A DNA stretch of 64,000 bases from Vermamoeba vermiformis (Eukaryota), in the NCBI GenBank assembly GCA_045837725.1, contig JBEWZL010000102.1, forward strand, positions 310,001 through 374,000, read 5' to 3'. Below the pieces are notes generated by a model. It ran no database searches, was not told the origin of the DNA, and saw only the letters and a list, made by a program, of their open reading frames with translations. The position numbers and the translations under genes are program-made. This document shows positions 13,365-25,077 of the stretch, in pieces. Within the stretch, counting starts at the first letter, position 1. Each line of letters starts with the position of its first letter.

Positions 13365-14622
13365 TCATTGAACGGCATCACAACTGGTCGCATCTGATTC
13401 GTTCTTGCATCCACAACTTGGAGCACTATGTTCTTCTTGGCGAACGAAATGTATCTTAGTAATTGCGTTTGATTCGGAGAATAGTCGTTCCATAGTAGCA
13501 GAGTCGTAGTCGTTGTAGCCCCACATCCAGTGATTGTTCGCCAAGTACTCGCTGGCCTCGCCCTTGCTGAAAAACACATAATATTTGTCTGCATAGAGCG
13601 TCTTTTCACTTTCCCAACGAATACAATAATAACCTTGCTCTTCAATTACTATGTATCTGCCAGCAAGCGTTTCATCAACACAGAGGATCTAACGCAGGTC
13701 AAATTAATTAAGTTTTGTCGTAGATTTGGAATCTATATATGAGTAATTAATTACGTACTCGGATGAAACCATTCAATTTGGCATTAAGTTCAGCCAGATC
13801 TTCAAGCGGGTGCGAAACTTGTTTGTGTAGCGGGATCTGAATGTAACCACCACGTCCAGGCCCGTGTCCGCGAATAGATACTCGTTCACTCTCATGACCT
13901 TGGCCTCTCAAGCTGAATACCAAGTGCAAAGAGGACTCTGATGGCAATGTAAGTACACTGGTAATGCTAAAAAGTGGATGTGTACGAAATTTACCTTTTT
14001 GAACGTTATAATCGCTGAGCAGTTTATCGTCTTCTAATTGACGACCACAGAATATTAGTCGCTGCTGATCGGCTGGGATGCCTTGTTTTTCTTGGATCTG
14101 ATCGAAAGTTGAGAAAATTAACGGGGAATACTTCAGCGGCTTACTTGCGCCTTGATATCTAATATTGAATCAGCAGGTGTAACAGTCAGAGTGACAGTTG
14201 CTTGTGTTAGCGTCTGGGAAGGTGAGTATAATTAAGGATTAACCCGAAACATTATTGAATTTACCTTGGCGAAGATCTGCAGAAAATATTAGAAAAGCGT
14301 TCATCGATGCTACTACCATATATACCTGCATTGTGGCTGGCTTATCTTTCGGAACGATCTCAACAGTAGCGAAGTCTGAAATATCAGCCATTCTATCGTC
14401 GTCTTGCAGTTCTTTTCCTTTGTAAACCCAAGAACAATCTGAAATTAAAATCAAAAAAATATTGATTTATAATTAAACACCTTATAGATAAACCGTACAG
14501 GACCAAAGACTTGCTTTTGCCGACATCCCCAAGTTTTTCTTTACTTGGCCAACGCTACTGCCGTTGCTCAAAGTAATGGGCATTATAGCATCTTTGTAAG
14601 TTAAATAGACTTCAATGGACAT
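13365..14622 (-). CDS. Ubiquitin-like domain fusion: divergent Ubl + ubiquitin domain + unknown C-terminal part; 3' end uncertain (13365 or about 13190)
   Basis: Manual splicing gives [77 protein letters not shown], 51/76 identical to ubiquitin by hand count. Confidence 0.75.
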
Positions 14623-14959
14623 TTGTGTTGTTCACCTGTCTATTATTTTGAAATTGAATTTAGTTTTACCCTCACCCAATCCCACTGACGAGCATCGGTG
14701 TATATAAATTGTCTAAATATTTTATCAATTAGACGTGTTAATTCAGAAATTCTAACCAAAACTATTATTTACATTATTTCGCGAGCCATAATTTTTAAGC
14801 GGCTTCAGGCCATCGGATCTGTAAAAACCAAAGCACTCTTATAATAGCTATCACTCGTAGCTCGATAGTTAGTTGAATGTACTTTTAATAATACTATTAA
14901 GACAAGTGATACTAATACAAAATAATTCGCAAAAAGTAGTTTTGGTTTCTGGATCCGAT

Positions 14960-17698
14960 TTAAAGTTTAGAATTTTGTTGTTGATCGTCGTTATCAATAA
15001 CCACCAAATTATTACGGTGCAATACTCGGAGCTTGCGGCCGTAGAAAATGCATCCAAACAACAAACAGCCCAAGCCAATCAAGATGAAAAATACGCCAAC
15101 AGTGTACGCGCCATAAGAAGCAGAGTATAACAGCCCAATGCCAACAGGAAACAATATCAAAAATGTGCCAAGGTACGTGCCCATAATGACAAATATAGTA
15201 TTGTCTAAAAAGTATACGACTGGTATACTAATCACGGGACACAAAACTCCGCCCAAAAATCCAGAAAAGAGGTGGATCCAGGTACCTCGTGGCTCAACCG
15301 CTCTCGAGTTAGTATGAAGATCGTTCCATAGTCCCTTGACGACGACTAAGAACGAGTAGCGTGACTCAATGAGCGGCATGAGAATGATCACGCACGCCGC
15401 GACAATGGCCCAAGCTATCGACAATGACACCCATGCCGCAAAGAAGCCAGACGAGAATACGTACTGGCTGATTAACAGCGGCACGGGCCACAAGATGCAC
15501 AATAGGATGCACATGATTGTACCTGCCATCAAACTGAACTTGAGGGCCTTCAACAGCAGCACTTGTTCTTCTTCGGGTGAATTGAATTCAGGCGTGGCTT
15601 GCGGCTCTGAATTCTTTTCAACGCCATTGCCATCAGCGCCGTGGCCATTAATATGATCGTCGTCTAGTGGCACCGGTTTGTTGTCGATTTCATCCGATGA
15701 AAATTTGACTTGAATTGAGCCATTAACTTCGTGCTTTTCGTCGTGACCATTTGAACCATTTTCCTTATCGACTGGCGTCATTTCGGTTGTTTTTTCTTCG
15801 GTTTTCTTTTTGAGACCTTGGCGAGTGACTTCCCAGTCAAAATTTGACGGTGAAATGAAACTGCCAATCACCGAGACCAGCGCACCAGTGCCAAGTGATG
15901 TCAAATTGCCAACGAGCAGCGGAATGTTGTTGCCTGTGGTCTTCATCGTGAGCTCGCCAAACATTGATTTGGCAGTGATCAACCACGCGCTGAATCCGCA
16001 CACAAAGCCAATGACAGCCCCGGCCATCACAGGCTTAGGCGATGCTTTCTTCCACGTGATTGTCAAGGTGATAGGCACGACAGCCGAGCCAATGATAACA
16101 CCCATCAAGAGGTAGGTGTAGCCTAGTGACAGACCAATCTCGAGCAGTCCAATGGCGAGCAGACCCATCATCAAGCCAAAGCCAAACACGGCGAATCTGC
16201 TCACACGCAACAGCTGCTTGCTTGTGGCTGCCTTGTTGATGTACGTGGCGTAAATGTCGTACGTGAACAATGACGACACGGCAATCAACTCAGCGGATCC
16301 AGCACTCGTGACCGCCATGAATAACATGATCAAGATAGCTATCGCACCGGGCAAGCCCAATAGTCCGACAATAGCCATGGGTGCTACGAGCCCATCTTCG
16401 ATTTCTTTGTGCGTGAATGGAATTTTGAGTGCAAGTGAAGCCAAGCCGAGTGAGGTCGCTAGCGTGAAGGGAATTGAAAACCACGACAAGCCTCCGATGA
16501 GAAAGCCTTTCACTGACGCACTAGGACGCGAGGCAATGGCACTTTGCCAATAACTCTATGATAAAAGTTAAATCAGGGCTTGAAAAAACCTTCCCAAAGA
16601 AAATAACCGTTCGGCACGTACCTGATCCACAAAGATAGTTCCAAAGTTTCCGACGATGTTAATGACACCAAAAATAATTCCGCCGTGCGAAGACATGGTC
16701 AAGTACGAGCCCCCAGCATTGCCTTCGACAGGCGAGGCTTGGCTGAGTTCGTGCAACAGCTCCCACATGCGCGATATGGAGCCAATCTCGGGCGAGACAG
16801 CATACACTGTGAACGCGAATACGAGCAGCATAATGTATATGATGGCGGTGTGTAGGTATGCAGAGATGAATGAGGCCAATAGACCTCCGTGCATGGTGTA
16901 GCCAATAACTCCAACGGGGATCAGGAACGCAGCAACTGAAAAATGTTATTTAATCTTCTCTAAAAGCCATCATTATATATTCACTTACTAGGCACCGGCA
17001 TTCCCGTCAGGCGATTAACTACGGCTGAACCTGCAGATCTGGTTAGGTTTGCTTTGGTGTACCGAAAAGATCTGCTTACCTCCTAAAATTAACATTGCAG
17101 TTACAATGACGTTCGTTGTCAATCCAAATACGAGGAATATTTTGTGGGCTGTAAGGCCATAGCGACAACGAATAATCTCGAGGAACGTGTGTGCATCTGG
17201 AGCAACGCGCTTAATTTGAATAGCGATGACTGAGAATAATAAGACCTGTACGGATGCTCCCGCAGCATACCTATCAAAATAAAGGTTTAGAATTTATTCG
17301 ATATTTTGCTTGGATGCAATTTTTAAATATAAAAATAAAGATAAAATTATACCAAAACGGGCCACTGATTCCAAATTGGTGGGCTACGGTCGATGACTCT
17401 AAAAGTGTTGCTGCCCAAGTCCATTGCGATACGATCACAGCTGCGATCAAACCGGTATTAACCGATCGGCCTGGATTGTACAATCCGGATCAGTACACGA
17501 AAAAAAGATCATAAAGGCTTTAATCAATGGTAATATATTACCTGCAGTATTAAAGGACTCGGCGTCTTCGTCACCCTTGATCACATAACGCTCGCCTAAG
17601 TGAGTCAACAGCGCAGTGAAGGCGGAGAACACAGCGCCAAAGCCCAGCACGATAATATAGCCCACGTAGCTCGGCAAGATAGGCACTTCGTCTTCCAT
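14960..17698 (-). CDS. DUR3: Urea active transporter DUR3 (sodium:solute symporter family)
   Basis: [76 protein letters not shown] are DUR3 hallmarks; many hydrophobic helices. Confidence 0.92.
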
Positions 17699-18068
17699 AG
17701 TATAGTCGTCTTAGTACAGGACTGGTGCTCGCGCGTTAAGATTAGGCTCTCAGACTAAAACACTTTCCTTTTTTGTTCTTGTTCGCATCCGAAGAAAGAG
17801 AAATGTTTCATATTCCTTATTAGCACCTCCTGCTTCAAATAGTATAATATCATGTAGGATATAGAACCCCTCATTTTGCCCGCATAAAGAGTTTTAGATC
17901 AAGGATCCAAAAAAAAGTGTGAGCTCGGAGCCAAGAGTCTATGTAAGCAAATTTGTGAATCATTAACGTTAAATTAATATTTAATATTGAGATTGAGCGT
18001 ATTCTATTCCTGAAATGGAATAAAACATTGAATTGATTTCATTTGAAAGTTTTCTTCGCGAGACCACG

Positions 18069-19581
18069 ATGCAATACGTAGCATCAGTAGCGAATATATT
18101 TATATTAATATTTATTGTACTTATAATACTCGAAAATGTGTATAGTATTTGGCTGTGGCTAGCTTTTATTTTATGGTTGCTTTTCCACGCCTTAAAAATT
18201 CATTTATGGACCGTTAATTGCCAAGCAAATGCTGGCGATACTGTAGTACTAACGGGCGCATCTAGTGGCATTGGTAATTTCGTTATAGAATTTTACTGGG
18301 ATTATTTGAATTAAATTAATGAAAAATGCTATTTTGACCTGTAAAATTTAGCCTTTACATAATTTTGTTCGTGCAACAAAATGTATAAAAATATACGAAT
18401 AAATTCTGCTATTTTTTTGGCGCAAATTAGTGTTAATTATGGATTTATGACATGGCTAACTCGGATCTTCTTACCAGGCAAAGAGATCGCGAAGCAGATG
18501 GCATCATATGGCTACAACTTGGTCCTAGTCTCGCGCACTATGGCTCAGCATACGAGTTTCGCAGCTGAACTGGTCAAAATTGCCAAAAACAATTCTTCAA
18601 CCATCACTGTCGAATTGGTGGCGCTGGATCTCATCGAGCCTAGTGCCCCTGACCAGTTATATATGCACTGCAAGCGAAAGAATATTAGAGTTGATTATTT
18701 GATTAATTGCGGTACGCATCTGACAGAATCTTCGCTCATTTGTCAAATCTAATAGGCATTGCGTTTTAGCTGGTATTGCGATGTATGACACTATTATAGG
18801 TAAGGCACAGAACAGTATTCTGAAGTATACCTGAAGATTTTCTGGGTACATCTGGCGTAGCCCGCCAAAAAATCTTTTTGAAAATCCAGTGAACCGTTAG
18901 GATCTTTCTTAATACGATCTTGCATATACAGCCACCGACGAGACTAGGACGAATGAAATCATTCAATTGAACGTCGGTGCAACGACAAAACTGACGCAGT
19001 TGTTCGTACGCGACATGATCGCGCGAAAGAGAGGCGGTATTCTGAACATTGGCAGCGTTGTGGGCGAGGCACCAGGTAAGATTAATTAATATACCTAGCC
19101 GTTATAAGCTAAAAATAGGCATTAATCATTTCCCGATTGCAGCGCCAAAGTTCGCGATCTACGGCGCTACGAAGAGCTATATTCATAACTTTACTGCAGC
19201 TTTATGGTGGTATGTACTCGTGTACTCAATTTACCGCTCACAATTACAAATTGAAACATTGTTCCGCTCTTTTGAGCTCGTGTACTGAAGTTGATCAGGG
19301 AATGCCGTGGAACTGGTGTGAAAGTCTCATTGTGCTCGCCTGGAGGCACTGAAACGAACTTCATGAACGTCTCAAAGTTCAAGAATAGCTTGTATTATAT
19401 TTTGGGCACCACGAAGAACGTCAAGGCCGTTGCGGATGTAGCGATCAAGGGTCTAATGAGCGACGAACTAATGACGATCCCTGGCCTATGGAACGAGATA
19501 CTATTGGCCGTGTCCATGAACTGCCCCAAGATAGTTAACCTCTTTGTGGTGTGGGCGCTCAATAAAAAGATTGGCGGCTAA
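18069..19581 (+). CDS. Membrane-anchored short-chain dehydrogenase/reductase
   Basis: N-terminal hydrophobic segments; TGASSGIG Rossmann motif; LINCAG; catalytic YGATK; multi-exon. Confidence 0.88.
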
Positions 19582-19837
19582 AAATACCGCAGTAAAAATA
19601 ACTCCAAGCCAAATATAGTAATTTGCTTAAAATACACACAGCTAATTATACCGCGTTGTTCATGCATTGAAGCGATGTGGAGTTTATTTACAAAGCCACC
19701 GCACTGGTGGGTTTGGGTATTAATTACAAGGGTTATTTTCAAATTTTACAAGGGCTTCGTGACCGTTACTGGTTTGGCCACAATAAATAAATAAATTAGG
19801 CTATCTACATCAATTTAAACTGTACATGATGTGCGTA

Positions 19838-21011
19838 TTATAGCGTCTTATCCAAAAGCTCGATACTGTCGAGCAGCGAGGCCAAAATGATCGGATCGAT
19901 CATGGATTCGGTTTGGTTGAATTGTTCAATGGCTTCACTGAGTTTACCTAATAGCAACGCGATTAATACTCCGGCTAATTAATTTTATGCACTAGGGACT
20001 TACTTTGAAGAGGAATATCGCCAGTCCAAATGTTCTGGTAATTGTCGTATTGGATCATGATGTAATAATAGAGAGCGGTGCGCAGCGAGATCTTGCGTTG
20101 TTCGGCTAAACCCGCGCTAGAGATTGCCGGAGACTGGCTCTTCATTAAGGCTTGATGAAGCAGACCGCAGGCTTGTGGAGATGAGCTCGCGGAGCCGGCG
20201 GCAGAATTAGGCACGTCCAAAATCGACCGCAGAAGCTTATGGAACTTTGTAAGGACGGGCGGTATGGAAGACAGTTGCATCTTCTTAATCGCCTTTGCTA
20301 CAAGCCTCCATTCCTCAGGCTGCATCTCCTTTCTGAAGCGGGATTTGTGCTCGCGAATCTTGCGGCGTTCCGTTGAGGCGTTCTCTTCGAAGTGAACTCC
20401 GTAGAAACTGTCTGAGTTGCGCATGCCCGAGACGATATACCGCTTAAAGGCATCGGTATATGAGTAAGTGCCTATTGTCTGAAGAGATGCGTGGAACATT
20501 CGTAATAACACGCTGTTCCTGATCAGTTCTTCGTAGCGGGTACTCGCGGCGGGGCTCGTGGGGCTTCTATCCGCACTATACGCAAAGATATTTGTTAGTA
20601 TCTGTGAATAACACGCAGAAAATTCACGGAACTTTATTTAAAGAGCTCGATCTGCCCGGAAGATATTTTAAATTTTAAAAATAAATCATATTCTTACCTC
20701 GCCGGAATAGGCTTAGATGTAGTGGTAGAGTACGGTCTCATTGATCGTGATCGCAGGGGTACTCGAGAATCATAATTATTTTTTTGGGGCATCCATAAAG
20801 CACTGTGATCGACGTAAAAATTGGGTCGGTTGCTGGCTTGATGCGCCTCGTAATAATCGTATAAGTCTTGTTCCACAAAACTCTCTGAAATAATATTCTC
20901 TTTGTCATAGGCGTGTAAGTCTTCTCCCAAGTCTTGATCGAGATCGTGGGAGTGACCAGCGTGGGTCATTACTTCAGCTGCGTGGGGTACTCGTCCTCTG
21001 ATATGCAACAT
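19838..21011 (-). CDS. Hypothetical protein, at least 3 exons; start uncertain
   Basis: Open frames 20694-21011 and 19975-20580 with GT-AG boundaries, spliced to a last exon SKLSEAIEQFNQ...LLDKTL* ending at 19838; no family recognised. Confidence 0.55.
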
Positions 21012-21580
21012 GTTCTCTTGTGGCCTTGGCCTGACAAAAAAAAAGGAACAATGAATTCACACGCAGAAAACAATCTTTTGTTTGACGAATTGACCGTTGC
21101 GCTTGATTTTCCCGCGCAAAACTTAATGTACTAATATGGTGAACCACGTGATCACCAAAGATATTTTCGGGCCAATTGAAACAATCTCGAGTATCTCTAC
21201 GGTATCTGAGACATATGTCCACCTCTAGGATCCTCAATTGAAAGATTTCACTAACTGAACCAGATCCGCGTAAAAATTTTGTGTGCTTATACTGGAATAA
21301 TTTTCCTATTATGTGCCATGCCATAAAATTAAATTAACCACAACACGGCTATAAATAGCTAAAACAAAAAAATATCTCGGCTATTCTGGATCGAGTGAGC
21401 TTCTTAATTTATTTCCGATTTAGGTAATTCCATATAAATATATCTCATTTATATCAGTCAAATAGATACTTTATAAATATCTCGCTATTTACATTCTACA
21501 AAAGTTTTGTACAAGGATTTAAATACATTAGAACACCCATCAAACGAGGCATCCGGTCATGAAAATTTGTCTTCTACTAC

Positions 21581-24500
21581 CTAATGATACATTTCCTCGC
21601 GATAGACAAAATTGTGCTTAAAGCAGTTCTTACTGACGTCTCGTCGCAGACTTTTAGGTCCACACACGATTGCTACGACTTGGTTTTGCAACACATCTGC
21701 GTGATGCTCTTCTGCGATCTTGGCGAACTCCCAGTTGAGGTTAACACGTGCAAAATCGACTTGGACGGTGTTGTCATTGGGGTTGAGCAGATCCAAGTTC
21801 TGTTGTTCCTCGATCCTGGTGTTCGTCACGTAGAGCGAAACTTTTGCAAAGATTGAATTCACTTGCTCGTCGCTCATAATCTCGTTCAATTTTTGAATGA
21901 ACGGTTGCAGAATAGCCAAGTACTTGACGGTCCACACCAAATAGATCTTCTTTACGTGCAATACCGACGGATCTCTCGCTCGGATCAAGTGGTAAAGTTG
22001 TCGGTAAAGCGAGACCAGCGGAGTAATTCCGATTCCACCGGCAATCATTACGTAAACGTTGTGCTCGTATTTCATAATATCTCCGTACGGCCCGTCGAGA
22101 CACATCGTAAACGCCGTTCTAGCGCCGTTCTGTTGCGGAGAAATGTTCTGATTTTGACGGACAATCTGCGCATTGTCAGCTTGTTCCACGTCAACTGACA
22201 ACTGCAGCTCTTTCGGAACTCCGAATTTACCCGCAGTAATAGCTTTATGCACTGCATTGCTCCACGTGCTAGGATCCATATCTCGGATCAAGAACGCCAA
22301 CGTGCTCTCGTGTGGGGCGTTGACAGCTGTCAAAGGATGCCATTGAAGTGGGGCCACGCTCGGGATATTGACGTACACGTATTGTCCGGCACCAATCATC
22401 AAGTTTTGTCGCGCTACTTGCAGGACTATGTACGCTCCATGGTCGTTCTCGTAGATCTGGGCTGAATAGACTTTGTAGTTCTTCGTTGACCGGTAAAATC
22501 TGAAGCATTGTTCCAAGAAGACTAAGGCCAGTGCTACACCAGCGATGTACCAGAATGACCAGGCGTGAATCAGACTTGCGGAAATTAAGCTCAAAAATGA
22601 GATCAAGTGCATCAAACTGAACATTTCAAAATTGTGCTTCCGGAACCATGGGTGTGAGAGCAGCATGTCGATGCAAAAGATGGCCCAAGCAGCCTCCGCA
22701 AAGGGTATAGTCCAGTTATCCGGGTCTTCCGAGTAATGAAACCCGAGCGAGTTCTGCACCAAAGTGCCGTTCATCCAGAACTTGAGCCACCAAAACAGCA
22801 TGTGGAGCGTGATGATAATGAAGCTGAAAATTCCAAGAATCTTGTGCCAGACAACGCCAGTCGTGAACTGAGCCTTCCACGGTGCCTCGTGTAAAATAGC
22901 CATCAAAGTGAGAGTGACGGACAAGTTCGACAAATGGCCCAAGATCCGTGCTGTGCGCTCGATGGGTTCTAACTGCGCTATGTCTACATAGTAGAATCCC
23001 CAGTACCATATCCAAACGCCATACAAGATGGTGCATAACACGGCCAAAATGCTATGTTTGACAGGCACGCCGTTGATCCATCTGATTCTGACGTTCATTT
23101 GGCGCGAGACTGTAACAATGTGGTTGAAAAATCTAGCGGCCACAAGCACTGCAATGGCACCATAGAAAATCGCGACGGAATAATAGAGCTTCATATTGAA
23201 ATCTTCGGAAAAGTAGATGGTGAGCAGGGCATAACGTGATTGGTGCGAGGCATAGACGGGGTAGCCACCGTCACCGAGCAAGGGAATGGTCCAAGAGGGC
23301 GGGAGGACCATAGTAGCAATAAGTGTGACTGGAATAACGAGCACTGATATGACAAGTTTGCCTATTCTCGAGGCTCTGTTCTCATGTTGTCCGTTCTGCG
23401 CCAAAAGTCGCTGTTTCTCCGCTGAAAGTGCTGGTCTAGTTTCTCTTCGCAAAATGAACGCAATGACGATTGAAAGAGCTGTCATGACCATCGCCACTAA
23501 CATGCCAATGAGTCGTTGAAAACTATCAGGACGACCGATCTCGGGGAAGACGTTGAGCCATGGCTTGACTAGTCCAACAATAGTCCACGCGACAGTGGCG
23601 AGACATATCACTAAATTAGTGGCTAACAGCACCACGATTCTTTTGCGTGTTGCGATCGATCGGATGGACACGCCCAATCCCCACGTGAACAATACGAGAC
23701 CAGTGATCAATGTGCTGGTCATCAATACAGCGCCATAGAACGAGTTCGAGCTGTTAGTGTTAGGTTGGTTCCATTGGTACGTGAAGCCAACGAGATGAGG
23801 AGCCACGAAAAGACCGACAGCCAGCAAGAAGAGACTGCTGCCCCACATCACGAAATGAAGTGGCATGGGCTTGCGGCTCCGAGGGTTATCGCGTAGTAAG
23901 TCAAATTGAGGCGGAGTCCACGTGGATGGTCGCAAAAGTGAATACAATGTGACCAGCAGGATCAAAATTGCGCAGACCAATGACGCCATAATCAACGGAT
24001 CTCGGCCTCCAATCAACTTATTGCCGAAGAAATCCGTAAATGACTTGCCTTCGAATAAAGACTCGCCAATAACGAATGGATCTTCGACCGATCTGACCAT
24101 TACACGGAGTTTTGGCTGGATCGTCAACGAGGAGTTCGCAGCAACAGCAGAAGCATTGTAGTAGTCTTCGTATATTAATGGAAGATAGAATCCCCACGAA
24201 TTAAACGGGTAATAACACGTGGCGTAGCCTGATTGACTTGCGTACGGAACCAGATCCCAGTGATTAGTGCTTCTGTTCAGCTTGACAGTCACGCAGATCT
24301 CTTGAATAATTTCAAAAGTCGTGCAAACCATCTTATCCATGTCATAGTATCCACCTACAATTAAAGCGATCAATAGGAATTTTCGTATTACTTTTTAGCC
24401 GGTACACGAACCTTCAGATCTGCATTTGAAAGGGGAATTGAAGGAATTTCTCAATATACTGCTAGTAGTTGTGCTAAACCACGATGGCGTTTCAATTTTT

Positions 24501-25077
24501 AAATTGTTCATGCCAACGATAGTCCCGTTAGCGTCAAGTTGAGCCGACATAATTTCCAAATAAATAGCAGGCCCTTGGGACGTTGAATTTTGATTGAAAG
24601 GAGGTGTCGGTAGTGATACATTATGCAACAGCTATTAATTAAGAAAAGCGGTTAGTAATTTACGAAATCGAAAAATCGGATTCCAAACGACAAGCGAATT
24701 TCATAGTCAAATATCGAGCATATGATTACATTTCCAGTACTATCACTTACGTAATCGTCCGAAGCAAAATAGAGCTCGGTATAATTATGCCAAGATCCAT
24801 CTGGATTAATAAACTTCGATTCTGCTCGCAACTCTCTCATCGTTGTATTATCGACATACAACCTCATAGAGAAGTTAGCACGATGGAGGTCTATAAAGCC
24901 TCCTCGCTGATACAGATCGACGCCCTGATCCATTGTTTTCGTAGCTCGTAACTGAAAATCGTAAGCACTTGAATATTCATCGCCGCTTATTATAACCAAT
25001 TCAAATATGAAGAGGGTCATGAGGGCTATCATTATCAACACCCTCTTCGTCTGCTTGCAATAGTCCAGCGACTCCAT
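21581..25077 (-). CDS. Ferric reductase / NADPH oxidase-family flavocytochrome with long N-terminal extracellular and multi-TM extension, 3 exons
   Basis: Heme His pairs (VWHKILG...TLHM; LMHLIS...LIHAW); FAD motif QWHPLT; CLDGPYG; MIAGGIGITP; VCGPKSL...EEMYH; last exon about 2.8 kb. Confidence 0.88.

Noticed and set aside
4905-14622. Cullin-1, F-box-ankyrin and ubiquitin-fusion genes within 10 kb as a functional cluster
   Set aside because: An unrelated enzyme lies between them, and F-box and Ubl genes are common in protist genomes; no evidence beyond proximity.
20974-21324. 116-aa minus-strand ORF
   Set aside because: No recognisable protein features; runs through an intron-like poly-T/CAG acceptor and overlaps the downstream gene in another frame.
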